Shown here: piece after piece, positions 1-10,271 of the stretch
Numbering within the stretch: position 1 is the stretch's first letter
Layout: every line of letters starts with the position of its first letter
NCBI GenBank assembly: GCA_965261395.1
Contig: OZ253462.1
Span: 3,616,001-3,680,000 of the forward strand
From: Candidatus Latescibacterota bacterium
Lineage (GTDB): Bacteria; Latescibacterota; UBA2968; UBA8231
DNA length: 64,000 nt
Direction: 5' to 3'
Position numbers and translations under genes: made by a program
Notes under the pieces: generated by a model
Told to the model about the DNA's origin: nothing
What the model saw: the letters and a program-made list of their open reading frames with translations, nothing else
Databases searched by the model: none

Positions 1-111
1 ACGCCTCAAAAGCAGCCTTCGACGCTCAAGCGTCTCCTAGACAAGGCCGCGCCCCTGTTCAAAAAGCCAGCCCATCAGAAAAACCGGTAGAACGAAGGCT
101 CGAACCGAAGA

Positions 112-303
112 TTATTCTTCTCGATCCCTGTTGGCGTCTGTCAAACTCTGGCGTTCCAACTCTTCCTTAACAAGCCAATGCAACGCTGCAACCGTGTCTT
201 TCTCCAGCTCCAGCACATCCTTCAAGGCGGCGTTGTTGGGCATCATATTGCTTTTTCCGTGCCGAATAGCCTTGAGCAATTCGATAAGCTCCATATCCTT
301 CAT
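112..303 (-). CDS. Small hypothetical protein (63 aa), downstream partner of the duplicated 73-aa gene
   Basis: ORF preceded by a strong RBS (GGAGGTGAGACG-ATG) that overlaps the upstream stop codon. Confidence 0.6.
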   Translation of the reverse strand: MKDMELIELLKAIRHGKSNMMPNNAALKDVLELEKDTVAALHWLVKEELERQSLTDANRDREE

Positions 304-501
304 CGTCTCACCTCCTTGCCAAGATGATTTTCGGTGTGCGAGCGATCTGCATGGAGCGGGAGAGGATTCGTTCCATCTCCATATAACGGTACATCTCCAC
401 TTCCTCGCGGATCTGATTGCGTTCTTCTTGCAACTGGAGACACAAGTTCCACGATCCGGAGCCGGGCGGCTGCGGTATGCGTGGGGCTTGTTCTAGTTCG
501 G
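299..501. repeat. 203-bp direct repeat, copy 1 (copy 2 at 2844-3046)
   Basis: Manual alignment shows one mismatch (CCACGATCC vs CCACAATCC). Confidence 0.95.
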
Positions 502-529
502 GGGTAACAGTACTATTAGAATTGACCAT
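308..529 (-). CDS. Small hypothetical protein (73 aa), copy 1
   Basis: RBS AAGGGAGA upstream; paralog at 2853-3074 keeps the same frame and length. Confidence 0.65.
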   Translation of the reverse strand: MVNSNSTVTPELEQAPRIPQPPGSGSWNLCLQLQEERNQIREEVEMYRYMEMERILSRSMQIARTPKIILARR

Positions 530-593
530 CGAAGAGTCTCCCTTCGTTGGTTACGCCCGCCGCGCCCGCCAAAGACGCGAAAGGCTGGATAAT

Positions 594-634
594 GGCCCCT
601 CTTCGATCCTGGAATCAGGAGTCGAAGAGGGGCC
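594..634. promoter_or_regulatory. Strong hairpin in the leader of the 73-aa gene
   Basis: 13-bp arms GGCCCCTCTTCGA / TCGAAGAGGGGCC, with inner TCCTG/CAGGA pairing. Confidence 0.55.
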
Positions 635-787
635 GAAGTATGACGGCGAGAACGTATGGGTCCCGCCCCGAGAAGTCAACCCACTTCTGGTTGATGAATT
701 TCTGCCATTAGGCATCTATCCTTTGGGACTTATATACTTGGCTACACAGTGAGAACTTGACGTTGGTACACTACCATTCCCTAAAGT

Positions 788-1387
788 TCAGCCGCAACCG
801 GCATCCTCTCCGAAGTACACGGACTGGACGTGTTCAACGTAGGCTAAATCTTCTTTGTAGTATTCGTATCGCTCATATGCCCGTTTAAGTCTACTTTCTA
901 AGTCGTTCCAGCATTGTTCTCCGCAATCTGTTCCTATCCATAACTCGTCCATTAGAGCCGATATTTCTTTCACTGCGCAAGCATATCGCTCGACCTTGTA
1001 CTGGGACGATTCAACTTCTCGAAATACAATCGTCTCTAGCGTTGTGTTGCAAAGAGGCTCATGGAAGAGTTCTTCAGGATCAAATATCCAAACTCTTTCT
1101 GACCGATCTTGGGGATTTCTTATCTCAGTATCGGTATAAACGACGATAGGAGGGGTGTAGTGGTCTCCGTGGCCCTCATAGTTGAAAAAAGTCCCATATT
1201 CACTGTCGATGTAATCTAAGAGTCTGAGATTCCCGCTTTCAGTAATGAATACGGCTTTTACCACCGTATCGAGAATAGCCGCTTCGCAGGGGAACTCTTG
1301 GGTTACTGGTTTAAGGGCCTCCTCGGAAGAGGTTGGAGGCCCTGCACGGCATCCTACAAAAGCGATGAGGAGAATAAATAAGCCCAT
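788..1387 (-). pseudogene. Putative lipoprotein whose first 25 codons (2656 down to 2583) were separated by an IS
   Basis: Lipobox-like LIAFVGC; removing the IS and one target duplication joins MSIIKDLADHGKLIPSKSNYSQQKA in frame to MGLFILLIAFVGC. Confidence 0.65.
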
Positions 1388-1397
1388 AGCTTTCTGT

Positions 1398-2582
1398 GGC
1401 TTTGTTGCATGAAAACCGGTCGGGGCCGTGTTGGCTTCTTTCGCGTGTGATTTACGCTTTTTTGGTTAGCGGATAGGACTCAGGTTTCGCCAACGCCCGC
1501 ATCCGGTTGAGCAAGGCACAGCCCAACCGCGCTTCGGTCTGTTGGTTGGTTAGGGTTCGGGTGCGCAAGGTGTCACCAAGTATCTGTTTGTAGCGGCCTA
1601 TCTGCGTTTCGGCTACCGAGCGTCGATGATAGCCGCTCTCGTGTTTCCAACCTCGACGGCCCCGTTTGCGGATGGCTCGAATCGTCTCATCGCGGGGCAA
1701 CGGCTCGGCGTTGGTGTTGCCATGTTGCTCGATTTTGGCGTCCTTGCGCGGCGGAATGATCGGATGAATAGGTGCCCCCTGCTCGGGCGCGGCCAACGCC
1801 TTGAACACCTTGCGTTTGTCATAGGCCCCATCGCCGCCCAACGCCTCCACGGGGGCCTCGATCTGTGCCAGCAACGGCTCCACCTGCCCCGCATCATCGT
1901 GGCTATTCGTCGTCAAGGTCTGCGCGACGATCTCGCCGGTGGCTTCATTAACCCCGAGGTGCAATTTGCGCCACGTGCGCCGCTTGCTCCAGCCGTGCTG
2001 ACGCACCTTCCATTCGCCTTCGCCATACACTTTCAGCCCGGTCGAATCCACCACCAAGTGCATCGGTTGGTCTCCCCGCTGGGGCGGCCACGCCACGGCT
2101 AAACCCGCCTGACGGCGCGACAGGGTCGTGTGATCGGGCACCCGCAGATCCAAGCCCATCAGGGCCAACACCGAAGCGACAAACCCCTCGGTTTGGCGTA
2201 GGGGCAAGTGATACAAAAGACGCAGCGTCAACGCCGTTTGGATGGCGACCTCCGAAAAGGTATATTGCGCCCCCCGCTGAGGCGGCCCTTGATAATACCA
2301 AGCTTCGACGGCCTGGGGCGTGAACCACACCGTCAGACTACCGCGCTGTTGCAGCCCGGCCTCATAGTCGGCCCAATTACGTACCCGGTACACGACGTTG
2401 GAGCGACGGCGAGGCGAGCGACCAGGCTTGACGGAAGAGGGGCAAGACGATAGGTTGGCCATGACAGGTTCCTTGGACGAGAAAGCATGGGTTTTTTGGC
2501 GAAAGTCGTGCTCAATCTACTGAGGAGCCTGTTTTTATTCAACCGATCAACCGAAAAAAACACCAATTCATGCACCAAAGCC
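1398..2582 (-). mobile_element. IS5-family (IS903 group) insertion sequence, 1185 bp
   Basis: IRs GGCTTTGTTGCATGAA / TTCATGCACCAAAGCC; 9-bp target duplication GCTTTCTGT at 1389-1397 and 2583-2591. Confidence 0.95.
1452..2462 (-). CDS. IS5-family (IS903-like) DDE transposase
   Basis: Motifs YRVRNW..Y..GL..RGSLTVWF, VVDSTGLKVYGEGEW, RRTWRKLHLGV, GDGAYD, SGYHRRS.AET. Confidence 0.95.
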   Translation of the reverse strand: MANLSSCPSSVKPGRSPRRRSNVVYRVRNWADYEAGLQQRGSLTVWFTPQAVEAWYYQGPPQRGAQYTFSEVAIQTALTLRLLYHLPLRQTEGFVASVLALMGLDLRVPDHTTLSRRQAGLAVAWPPQRGDQPMHLVVDSTGLKVYGEGEWKVRQHGWSKRRTWRKLHLGVNEATGEIVAQTLTTNSHDDAGQVEPLLAQIEAPVEALGGDGAYDKRKVFKALAAPEQGAPIHPIIPPRKDAKIEQHGNTNAEPLPRDETIRAIRKRGRRGWKHESGYHRRSVAETQIGRYKQILGDTLRTRTLTNQQTEARLGCALLNRMRALAKPESYPLTKKA

Positions 2583-2659
2583 GCTTTCTGTTGGGAATAG
2601 TTAGACTTAGAGGGGATTAGCTTACCGTGATCGGCTAGATCCTTTATGATGGACATGGG

Positions 2660-2848
2660 TCAGTCCTTTCTTCGCGTGCGATTGAACTCGTCGATTCTAT
2701 CCTTCCACCTCAAGGTATAGCGAATGCGGACTAGATCTGAATCCTCTAATACTTCGGGATATGGCTCGCCAAGAGCCTTTGTCTCTTGGTAGAAACGATC
2801 TTCCTCAAGGTCTAATTCGATCCACTGCTTATCTGAAGAAATGTTCAT
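2660..2848 (-). CDS. Small hypothetical protein (62 aa), downstream partner of 73-aa copy 2
   Basis: Same RBS and start context as 112-303 but an unrelated coding sequence. Confidence 0.6.
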   Translation of the reverse strand: MNISSDKQWIELDLEEDRFYQETKALGEPYPEVLEDSDLVRIRYTLRWKDRIDEFNRTRRKD

Positions 2849-3046
2849 CGTCTCACCTCCTTGCCAAGATGATTTTCGGTGTGCGAGCGATCTGCATGGA
2901 GCGGGAGAGGATTCGTTCCATCTCCATATAACGGTACATCTCCACTTCCTCGCGGATCTGATTGCGTTCTTCTTGCAACTGGAGACACAAGTTCCACAAT
3001 CCGGAGCCGGGCGGCTGCGGTATGCGTGGGGCTTGTTCTAGTTCGG
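2844..3046. repeat. 203-bp direct repeat, copy 2
   Basis: Matches 299-501. Confidence 0.95.
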
Positions 3047-3074
3047 AGGGAATGGTACTATTGTGAGTGGCCAT
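2853..3074 (-). CDS. Small hypothetical protein (73 aa), copy 2
   Basis: RBS AAGGAA upstream; differs from copy 1 mainly in the first 10 residues. Confidence 0.65.
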   Translation of the reverse strand: MATHNSTIPSELEQAPRIPQPPGSGLWNLCLQLQEERNQIREEVEMYRYMEMERILSRSMQIARTPKIILARR

Positions 3075-3303
3075 TAGAAGAGTGTTCCTTCTATGGTTAC
3101 GCCCTCGGCGCTCTAGGCAAGCGCTTCAGGCAAAATATTGGAGGCCCCGCCTCAACTTTGGGATTGAATCAGCGGAGCCTCATATAGTAACGCAACAACA
3201 CCAAAATCATACTCGCCTAACCGATCCTCGTCAAGTCGTAAAATCCCTATTTCAAAGTGAAATTTTCTTGTATAAGTCGGTGTTTTTGCGTATATGATGA
3301 GGC

Positions 3304-4086
3304 ATGAACCGACTGCCTTTAGACAAGCGTCTCCTGCTTCTGAACATGCTGGTGGAAGGCTCGTCGATGCGGGCGATCAGCCGCGTGGCGGATGTGTCCA
3401 TTAACACGGTCTGCAAGATGCTCGCCGACGCGGGACCCGTCTGCGCCCGCTATCACGACGAGATGGTGCGCTCAATGGATGTGCGCCGGGTCGAAGTGGA
3501 TGAGGTGTGGTCGTTTTGCTATGCCAAGCAGAAGACGGTCAACCAAGCTCCCGATCTGCCAGACGGTGCCGGCGACGTATGGACGTGGACGGCGATTGAT
3601 GCCGACACCAAGCTGATGCTGGCCTACGAGGTCGGCGACCGCTCCTTAGACACGGGCTTGGAGTTTCTGGAGAATCTGCGCGAAAGGCTGGCGAGCCCGG
3701 TCCATTTGGCCGCGGACGGCTACAACGTCTATCTGTCCGCGGTTGAGCAGGTCTTCGGCGAGGAGGCCAAACACCTGCTACGAACCGAAGGCGAGTCCAC
3801 GTCCTACGTGGAGCGGCAAAACCTGACCATGCGCATGGGGATGCGGCGGTTTACCCGCAAGACCAACGGCTTCAGCAAAAGGCTGGAGCGCCATGTGAAT
3901 ATGCTGTCGCTGTACTTCGTGCATTACAACTTCGTCCGAATCCATTCTTCGCTTAGGATGCCCCCGGCGATGGCCGCTGGGCTGACGGACACGCTTCACG
4001 ATATGGAGTGGCTGGCCGAGATGATCGAGGCTGGACTGCCCAAGCCGCAAAGACCCAAGAAATATCGCCCCCGAACCGCAAACTAA
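3304..4086 (+). CDS. IS1-family-like DDE transposase with N-terminal HTH
   Basis: HTH EGSSMRAISRVADVSINTV; motifs VEVDEVWSF, WTWTAIDADTKL, TSYVERQNLTMRMGMRRFTRKTNGFSK, HYNFVRIH. Confidence 0.9.
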   Translation: MNRLPLDKRLLLLNMLVEGSSMRAISRVADVSINTVCKMLADAGPVCARYHDEMVRSMDVRRVEVDEVWSFCYAKQKTVNQAPDLPDGAGDVWTWTAIDADTKLMLAYEVGDRSLDTGLEFLENLRERLASPVHLAADGYNVYLSAVEQVFGEEAKHLLRTEGESTSYVERQNLTMRMGMRRFTRKTNGFSKRLERHVNMLSLYFVHYNFVRIHSSLRMPPAMAAGLTDTLHDMEWLAEMIEAGLPKPQRPKKYRPRTAN

Positions 4087-4155
4087 AAGTCCCCTTGGCA
4101 ACAACCGTGCCAAGAGAACTTTTTTCAGCCTCCAATTTCAAACTGCGACACTACC
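3304..4155 (+). mobile_element. IS1-like element; right end at 4155, left end not determined (probably includes the small genes to the left)
   Basis: Terminus reads GGTAGTGTCGCAGTTTGAAA on the minus strand (4136-4155), just after the transposase. Confidence 0.65.
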
Positions 4156-5036
4156 TACCATTCATCGGGATCTACGCTTTCGCAATCGGCTTGGATCGCT
4201 TCAGCCATCTTGTCCAAGTCTTCTCTATCTATTGTTCCTGCAAAGCGCAGCAGAGTCTTGCCGGACGCGCCTTCCATCTCGGACTTTGCTAACGAACGAA
4301 CGAATTCCAGGACCTCCGCTTGTTGGCCTTTTCCCAATTTATGGATCTCATCAAGAATTTCTTTTTCTATAGACGTATCTTTCATTTTCAGCCCGTGTTC
4401 ACGAGTTATACATGGCTGATCGGGCGATAGACGCGGGTTTTGTCCGATCCATGCGCTCACGAGTTCTGCAATCCTCGCTGGCATCAGGACGCGCAACCCA
4501 ACGAACTCGTCGAGGTCAGCAGGAGAGAGCTTGCTCGCAATCGCGCCGAGGTTCTCTTCAATCTCTCCCAACCAAGCGAGGGCGCGAATCGCATCGCCGG
4601 CTGGCCGGTGCGGTGCTACCAACTGCCAGCGCGGGGCATGGCGCAAATGCACTGTCAGGGCACCGAGTTTCAACCGACGACTGGGGCCAGAGGTCAGGTA
4701 CACCGACCGCACCGGCGTCTGAGTAGTGAGACCGAGGAAGTTCGCCGCCGCACCGCCACAGGGAACAATGGTCTCCCCCCACAGTTCCGCCAGCGCTTCA
4801 ATGACCTTCTCAACCGCGGGTGGGCGCAGACCGAAGCGAGTCTCTATAGGCCGGACATAGACGCCCTGACAGACCCGCATTAATTGTCCACGACGTGCGA
4901 GGCGCGACAGTGCTTGATCGACTGTCGCTCTGCTTCCGAGATGGAGCAACGCCCTTGGGCACAATAGCGATCCCTCGGGCAGTTCGGCGGCGCGTTGGGC
5001 GATGTGCTGAGATAGGCTTGGCATGGTCGTATCCAT
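4155..5036 (-). CDS. DUF6088/AbiEi-like antitoxin in frame with a C-terminal 76-aa DUF2281-like antitoxin (own ATG at 4385)
   Basis: wHTH-like SRATVDQALSRLARRGQLMRVCQGVY and GAAANFLGLTTQTP; C-terminal EVLEFVRSL...LLRFAGTI...DCESVDPDEW. Confidence 0.75.
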   Translation of the reverse strand: MDTTMPSLSQHIAQRAAELPEGSLLCPRALLHLGSRATVDQALSRLARRGQLMRVCQGVYVRPIETRFGLRPPAVEKVIEALAELWGETIVPCGGAAANFLGLTTQTPVRSVYLTSGPSRRLKLGALTVHLRHAPRWQLVAPHRPAGDAIRALAWLGEIEENLGAIASKLSPADLDEFVGLRVLMPARIAELVSAWIGQNPRLSPDQPCITREHGLKMKDTSIEKEILDEIHKLGKGQQAEVLEFVRSLAKSEMEGASGKTLLRFAGTIDREDLDKMAEAIQADCESVDPDEW

Positions 5037-5128
5037 CGGTATAATGTCAGAAATATAGCGTAGAAACTGACTTAAACAAGGAGAGGATTGACATATTGCA
5101 ACGAGGATATGCCTTTCGCCCGGCAGCA

Positions 5129-6340
<1,212 letters not shown>

Positions 6341-6361
6341 TTTCCGCGATGGCTCCGCGCC

Positions 6362-7087
6362 CTAATCCCAGCTCGGGATCGGGGTCTGAAGCGGATCGTC
6401 GATCCAGAGAAAGCGCCCGTTGACGTTGCTCTCGATGATGTCGATCACGAGCTGGGCCGCCTTCTCCGGCGGATCCCCACCCGTTTGCTCCACCCATGCC
6501 ACCCAGTCGTGGTAGCCGCTCTCGCTGCCGGTGCCCATCTTGTCGCGGATATCCGCCCACATCGCGGTCTTAACGTCGCCGGGATGGATGACGTTCGCCG
6601 TGACGCCCGTCCCCTCCAGCTCGGCGGCAAGGTGGCGGGTGAACTGGTTGAGAGCGACCTTCGCAGTGCCGTAGGCGCTGTTCAGCCGCCCGGGTGTGTG
6701 CAGCGACGCCGCAGACGAAAGGCTCACGATCCGGCCCCATCCTGCGTCCAGCATTCCGTCCAAGAACGCGCGGGATACGAGATAGGGCCCCACCGCATCA
6801 ATCATGAGCGTTTCGACCCATTCCTCGGGTTCGCTGTCCTTTATGAGGGCGATCGGGCCGAAGACCCCGGCGGCATTGACGAGAACGGTGGGCCGGCCGA
6901 GCTCGGCTTCGACCGCGGTTTTGAGGCGGTCAACATCGGCCGGGTCCGAGACGTCCGCCGTGAATCGCGCCGCGCGGCGCGCGACGGTTGCGACGGCAAG
7001 GCCGCGCGCCTCCAGCGCATCTGCGATTGCCCGTCCGACGCCGCGGCTGGCTCCGGTGACGACCGCGACGTGCCCCTCGAGGTTCAT
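6362..7087 (-). CDS. Short-chain dehydrogenase/reductase
   Basis: VTGASRGVG, VNAAG, YGTAK, HPG. Confidence 0.92.
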   Translation of the reverse strand: MNLEGHVAVVTGASRGVGRAIADALEARGLAVATVARRAARFTADVSDPADVDRLKTAVEAELGRPTVLVNAAGVFGPIALIKDSEPEEWVETLMIDAVGPYLVSRAFLDGMLDAGWGRIVSLSSAASLHTPGRLNSAYGTAKVALNQFTRHLAAELEGTGVTANVIHPGDVKTAMWADIRDKMGTGSESGYHDWVAWVEQTGGDPPEKAAQLVIDIIESNVNGRFLWIDDPLQTPIPSWD

Positions 7088-7089
7088 GG

Positions 7090-7890
7090 TCAGGCCTCGG
7101 CGGGCACGATGGGATTGTGCGAGTCACTTAGGCGCTTCCGCTCACTGCCCCAGTTGCCGGCGCTGCCGTTCCAGTAGCGGGTGTCGGCGGGGCTGTACGA
7201 GAAGAGGTAGGACCAGCGCGGCTTGTCGGTGGTGTTGTCCGGGCCCCCGTGGACGGTGTATCCGTGATGCACGGTGCAGTCTCCCGGCTGGTAGTGGAAG
7301 GGCGGCGAGAGCTCCAGCACGGACGTCAGATTCGGGAACTGCTTGAGCAGGTCGCCTTGGTCGTCCTTGAACACCGAACCCAGCGGTCCTTCGCGATGGG
7401 AGCGGCTGACGAACCGCATGGCACCCATCTCGGGTGTGACTTCCGCCAGCGCCAGCCAGAACTGGAGCTCGCCGACCCGGTCGGAGCCATGCTCGGACGA
7501 GTCCTGGTGATAGGTGGACCCGGCTGCTCCGGGGAGCTTGTTTAGGAGGAGATCCACGCGATAGCGGAGCGGAACGTCCACGCCCTTGAGCCGCTTCCTG
7601 TTCACGAGGCGCGTCGCGTTTTGTGCCATGCGCTCGCTGAACATGAATGAACGAAACGGCTCGGTCTCTTGATTCCGAGCCAAGTCGGCGACCGGCTTGC
7701 CGGGGCCAATCTCCTGACTGTTGCGATCGGCCCACTCCCGTCCGACGCGCAGGAGCTGTGCGGCGAAGTCCGGGGCGACGAGCCGCGGCATCATAACCCA
7801 GCCGTATTCGTGGTAGAAGGCCACCTCCTCGTCTGTGACCTCCCGGAGGACGGCCTCGATCTCGTGCTCTGTCATTGCCTGTCCCATCAC
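7090..7890 (-). CDS. Phytanoyl-CoA dioxygenase (PhyH) family Fe/2OG oxygenase
   Basis: FYHEYGW, HQD, PGDCTVHHGYTVHGG.DN....R. Confidence 0.88.
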   Translation of the reverse strand: MMGQAMTEHEIEAVLREVTDEEVAFYHEYGWVMMPRLVAPDFAAQLLRVGREWADRNSQEIGPGKPVADLARNQETEPFRSFMFSERMAQNATRLVNRKRLKGVDVPLRYRVDLLLNKLPGAAGSTYHQDSSEHGSDRVGELQFWLALAEVTPEMGAMRFVSRSHREGPLGSVFKDDQGDLLKQFPNLTSVLELSPPFHYQPGDCTVHHGYTVHGGPDNTTDKPRWSYLFSYSPADTRYWNGSAGNWGSERKRLSDSHNPIVPAEA

Positions 7891-7914
7891 TCGTGCTCCT
7901 ATTGCGTTACGCCG

Positions 7915-7996
7915 CTCTCCGCCGCGACAGCGCGTACGGACGCGTACGGATCGGAAGGATAAGAAGCCTTTATGGACGCGTTGTCAAGGGGCCGTA
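7915..7996 (-). promoter_or_regulatory. Repeated promoter/leader module, copy 1
   Basis: Closely matches 10111-10182; TTGACA-N20-TATCCT on the minus strand. Confidence 0.75.
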
Positions 7997-8004
7997 GCTG
8001 GGGT

Positions 8005-8712
8005 TCATGGTCGGGCCTCCGTCAGCGCGGAACAGGCCTGGACGAACTCCGCCGACGTGGAGGTGTAGCCCACCACGTGCTCGAAGTTCCGCAGCATGAT
8101 CTTGCGCAGCCACCCCCCTTCCGGCAGGCTGTCGTCCACCGTATCGGGGTACTCGGCCGACAGGGTGCAGTCCCGCAACATCACCACCCGGTAGTTGTGT
8201 TCCACCGCGCCGGCACAGGTGAAGTAGAGGCAGGACCGCTGCGAGAATCCCACGGCGATCAGGGTCTTGATGCCGTGGCAGCGCAGGTGATAGTCGGTGT
8301 GGGTCTCGTGAAACCCCGACCACTCTCGCTTGGGAAAGTCCGGCTCGTGGGCGAGGGGCTGAATCGACGGCGAGTAGTTCGGCTGCAACGGTCTGCGCTC
8401 CGGTGCTGGGCGGTCGGCGGCATCTTCGCTGCCCCAGCGGGTGCCGTGGATCTCGCGCTTGATACTGCCCGGTTCGTCACACAGAGAGAAGTCGTTGTGG
8501 ATGAAGAACACGTGCATGCCGACGGCGCGGGCGGACTTCAGCGCTGGCGCAATCCCCTCCTCGACGCAGGGATTCCCCCCGCCGCAGTCCGAATCCACGA
8601 CCATGAAGGCGGTGGTCTCCAATGGCAGGTCGAGGTCGTCGAAACGCTCTCCGTTGGGATTGTCGGGGCCATAGCCGGAATACCATCTCACTGGAAGTTG
8701 TATCGTCGCCAT
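8005..8712 (-). CDS. Isochorismatase-like cysteine hydrolase
   Basis: TAFMVVD, K..WSGF.ET, LIAVGFSQRSC (D-K-C triad). Confidence 0.85.
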   Translation of the reverse strand: MATIQLPVRWYSGYGPDNPNGERFDDLDLPLETTAFMVVDSDCGGGNPCVEEGIAPALKSARAVGMHVFFIHNDFSLCDEPGSIKREIHGTRWGSEDAADRPAPERRPLQPNYSPSIQPLAHEPDFPKREWSGFHETHTDYHLRCHGIKTLIAVGFSQRSCLYFTCAGAVEHNYRVVMLRDCTLSAEYPDTVDDSLPEGGWLRKIMLRNFEHVVGYTSTSAEFVQACSALTEARP

Positions 8713-8775
8713 CTTTGCATCTCCTTGTTCAGGGGTGGCTCAAAGGAATCTACGCAGCCGGCGCTGATCAGCCGA

Positions 8776-10098
8776 TCAGACTTGGTCGAGTGCGTCCTTG
8801 AGGCTTTTCTCGACGAGGTCGAAGAGCTCGTCAACCTGGGGCTCGTCGATGATGAGGGCGGGCACGACGGCGAACCAGCTCGGATCAACCCGCAGGATGA
8901 CTCCGTTCTGCAGAGCCGTCTTCTTGAGCGCCTTGCCCAGCTCCGGGAACGGCTCGAGGCTTGACGTATCCTTCACCAGCTCAACCCCCCTCAGCAACCC
9001 CTTGCCCCGCACCTCCCGCACGACGCCGAGCGATTTCAGGCCTTCGAGCTTGGCGGCGAGGTAGTCGCCCATCTCGCGGGCATGGGCATCGAGGCCGCTC
9101 TCCACGATCTCGTCTACCACGGCGATGCCGACCGCGCAGGCCAGTGGATGGCCAGCGTAGGTGTGACCGTGGGCGAAGTTCTCGCCGGGCTCGTAGAAGT
9201 GCTCCCCCATCCCCTCGCGAGCCATCAGCGCTCCGAGGGGAATGGCGCCACTCGACAGCCCTTTGCTGCCGCAGATGATGTCCGGCGTCACCCCGAAGGT
9301 GTGGGCGGCAAACATCGCTCCCGTGCGACCGAAGCCGGTGATGATCTCGTCGTAGATGAGCACGACGTTGTGGCGGTCGCAAGTGTCGCGGATGATCTGG
9401 AAGTACTCGTCCGTGGGCGTGATGATACCCCCAGTGTTCGACACCGGTTCGAGGATGATGCCGGCCACTGTCTCTGGATCTTCACTGATGATGACGTCCT
9501 CGAACTGCTGCGCCGCGAATCGGTTCGCCTCATCCCAGTCGCCGAAGCGATCGCGGTAGTGAGTTGGGGGGAATACTTTGAGGAAACCCGGCGGGGCCGG
9601 CTCGAATGGGGTTTTGCGCTCTCCGGTACCGCTGGCCGCCATGGCTCCCATGGTGGCACCGTGGTAGGCCTGGTAGCGGCTGATGAACTTGTACTTGTGC
9701 GGATGGCCCGACTGCTTGAAATACTGGCGCGTGAACTTGATCGCCGCCTCCATAGACTCCGAGCCGCCGCTGAAAGCTTTCACGTAGTTGAGGTCGCCGG
9801 GCGTGACGCTGCCGATCTTCTCGACGAAGTCGAGCGTCACGTCGGCAGTGCCGTGCATGGGTGGCGCGAAGGCGAGCTTGTCCCATTGGGCCCGCATGGC
9901 CTCTTCGATGCGCGGATGACGGTGGCCGAGCAGGGTTGAGTAGATACCGCTGATGCCGTCGAAGTAGCGTTTCCCGTCCGTGTCCCAGTAGTAGAGCCCT
10001 TCCGCTCGCGACACGATGAGTGGATTGTTCATGAACTCGGCCGTCGACTGGTAGTCGAGGAAGGTTCTTCTGAGCAGCTTCTCCTGTCGCGCGTTCAC
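8776..10098 (-). CDS. Class III PLP-dependent aminotransferase
   Basis: YFDGISG, SGGSESME, YHG, DEIITGFGRTG, SKGLSSG, HGHTYAGHP. Confidence 0.93.
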   Translation of the reverse strand: MNARQEKLLRRTFLDYQSTAEFMNNPLIVSRAEGLYYWDTDGKRYFDGISGIYSTLLGHRHPRIEEAMRAQWDKLAFAPPMHGTADVTLDFVEKIGSVTPGDLNYVKAFSGGSESMEAAIKFTRQYFKQSGHPHKYKFISRYQAYHGATMGAMAASGTGERKTPFEPAPPGFLKVFPPTHYRDRFGDWDEANRFAAQQFEDVIISEDPETVAGIILEPVSNTGGIITPTDEYFQIIRDTCDRHNVVLIYDEIITGFGRTGAMFAAHTFGVTPDIICGSKGLSSGAIPLGALMAREGMGEHFYEPGENFAHGHTYAGHPLACAVGIAVVDEIVESGLDAHAREMGDYLAAKLEGLKSLGVVREVRGKGLLRGVELVKDTSSLEPFPELGKALKKTALQNGVILRVDPSWFAVVPALIIDEPQVDELFDLVEKSLKDALDQV

Positions 10099-10110
10099 GT
10101 TTATCGCTCC

Positions 10111-10225
10111 CTCTCCGCCGCGACAGCGCGGGCGGATCGGAACGATAAGAAGCCTTTATGTAGGCGTTGTCAAGGGGCCGTATTGACAACGTATTGGTAA
10201 GGGCACTTTATCGTTCCTAATCCGC
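10111..10225. promoter_or_regulatory. Back-to-back divergent promoters (repeat copy 2 plus a third, + strand variant)
   Basis: CGTTGTCAA-GGGGCCGTA-TTGACAACG dyad; both TTGACA boxes are followed by N20-TATCGTTCC. Confidence 0.7.
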
Positions 10226-10271
10226 ACCACGTGGATGGAGGCGCGAGGGTTGAGACACTAAAGGGGGAACG

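Noticed and set aside
2333-2656. 107-aa ORF as an independent gene
   Set aside because: Chimera of the lipoprotein's 5' end reading into the IS.
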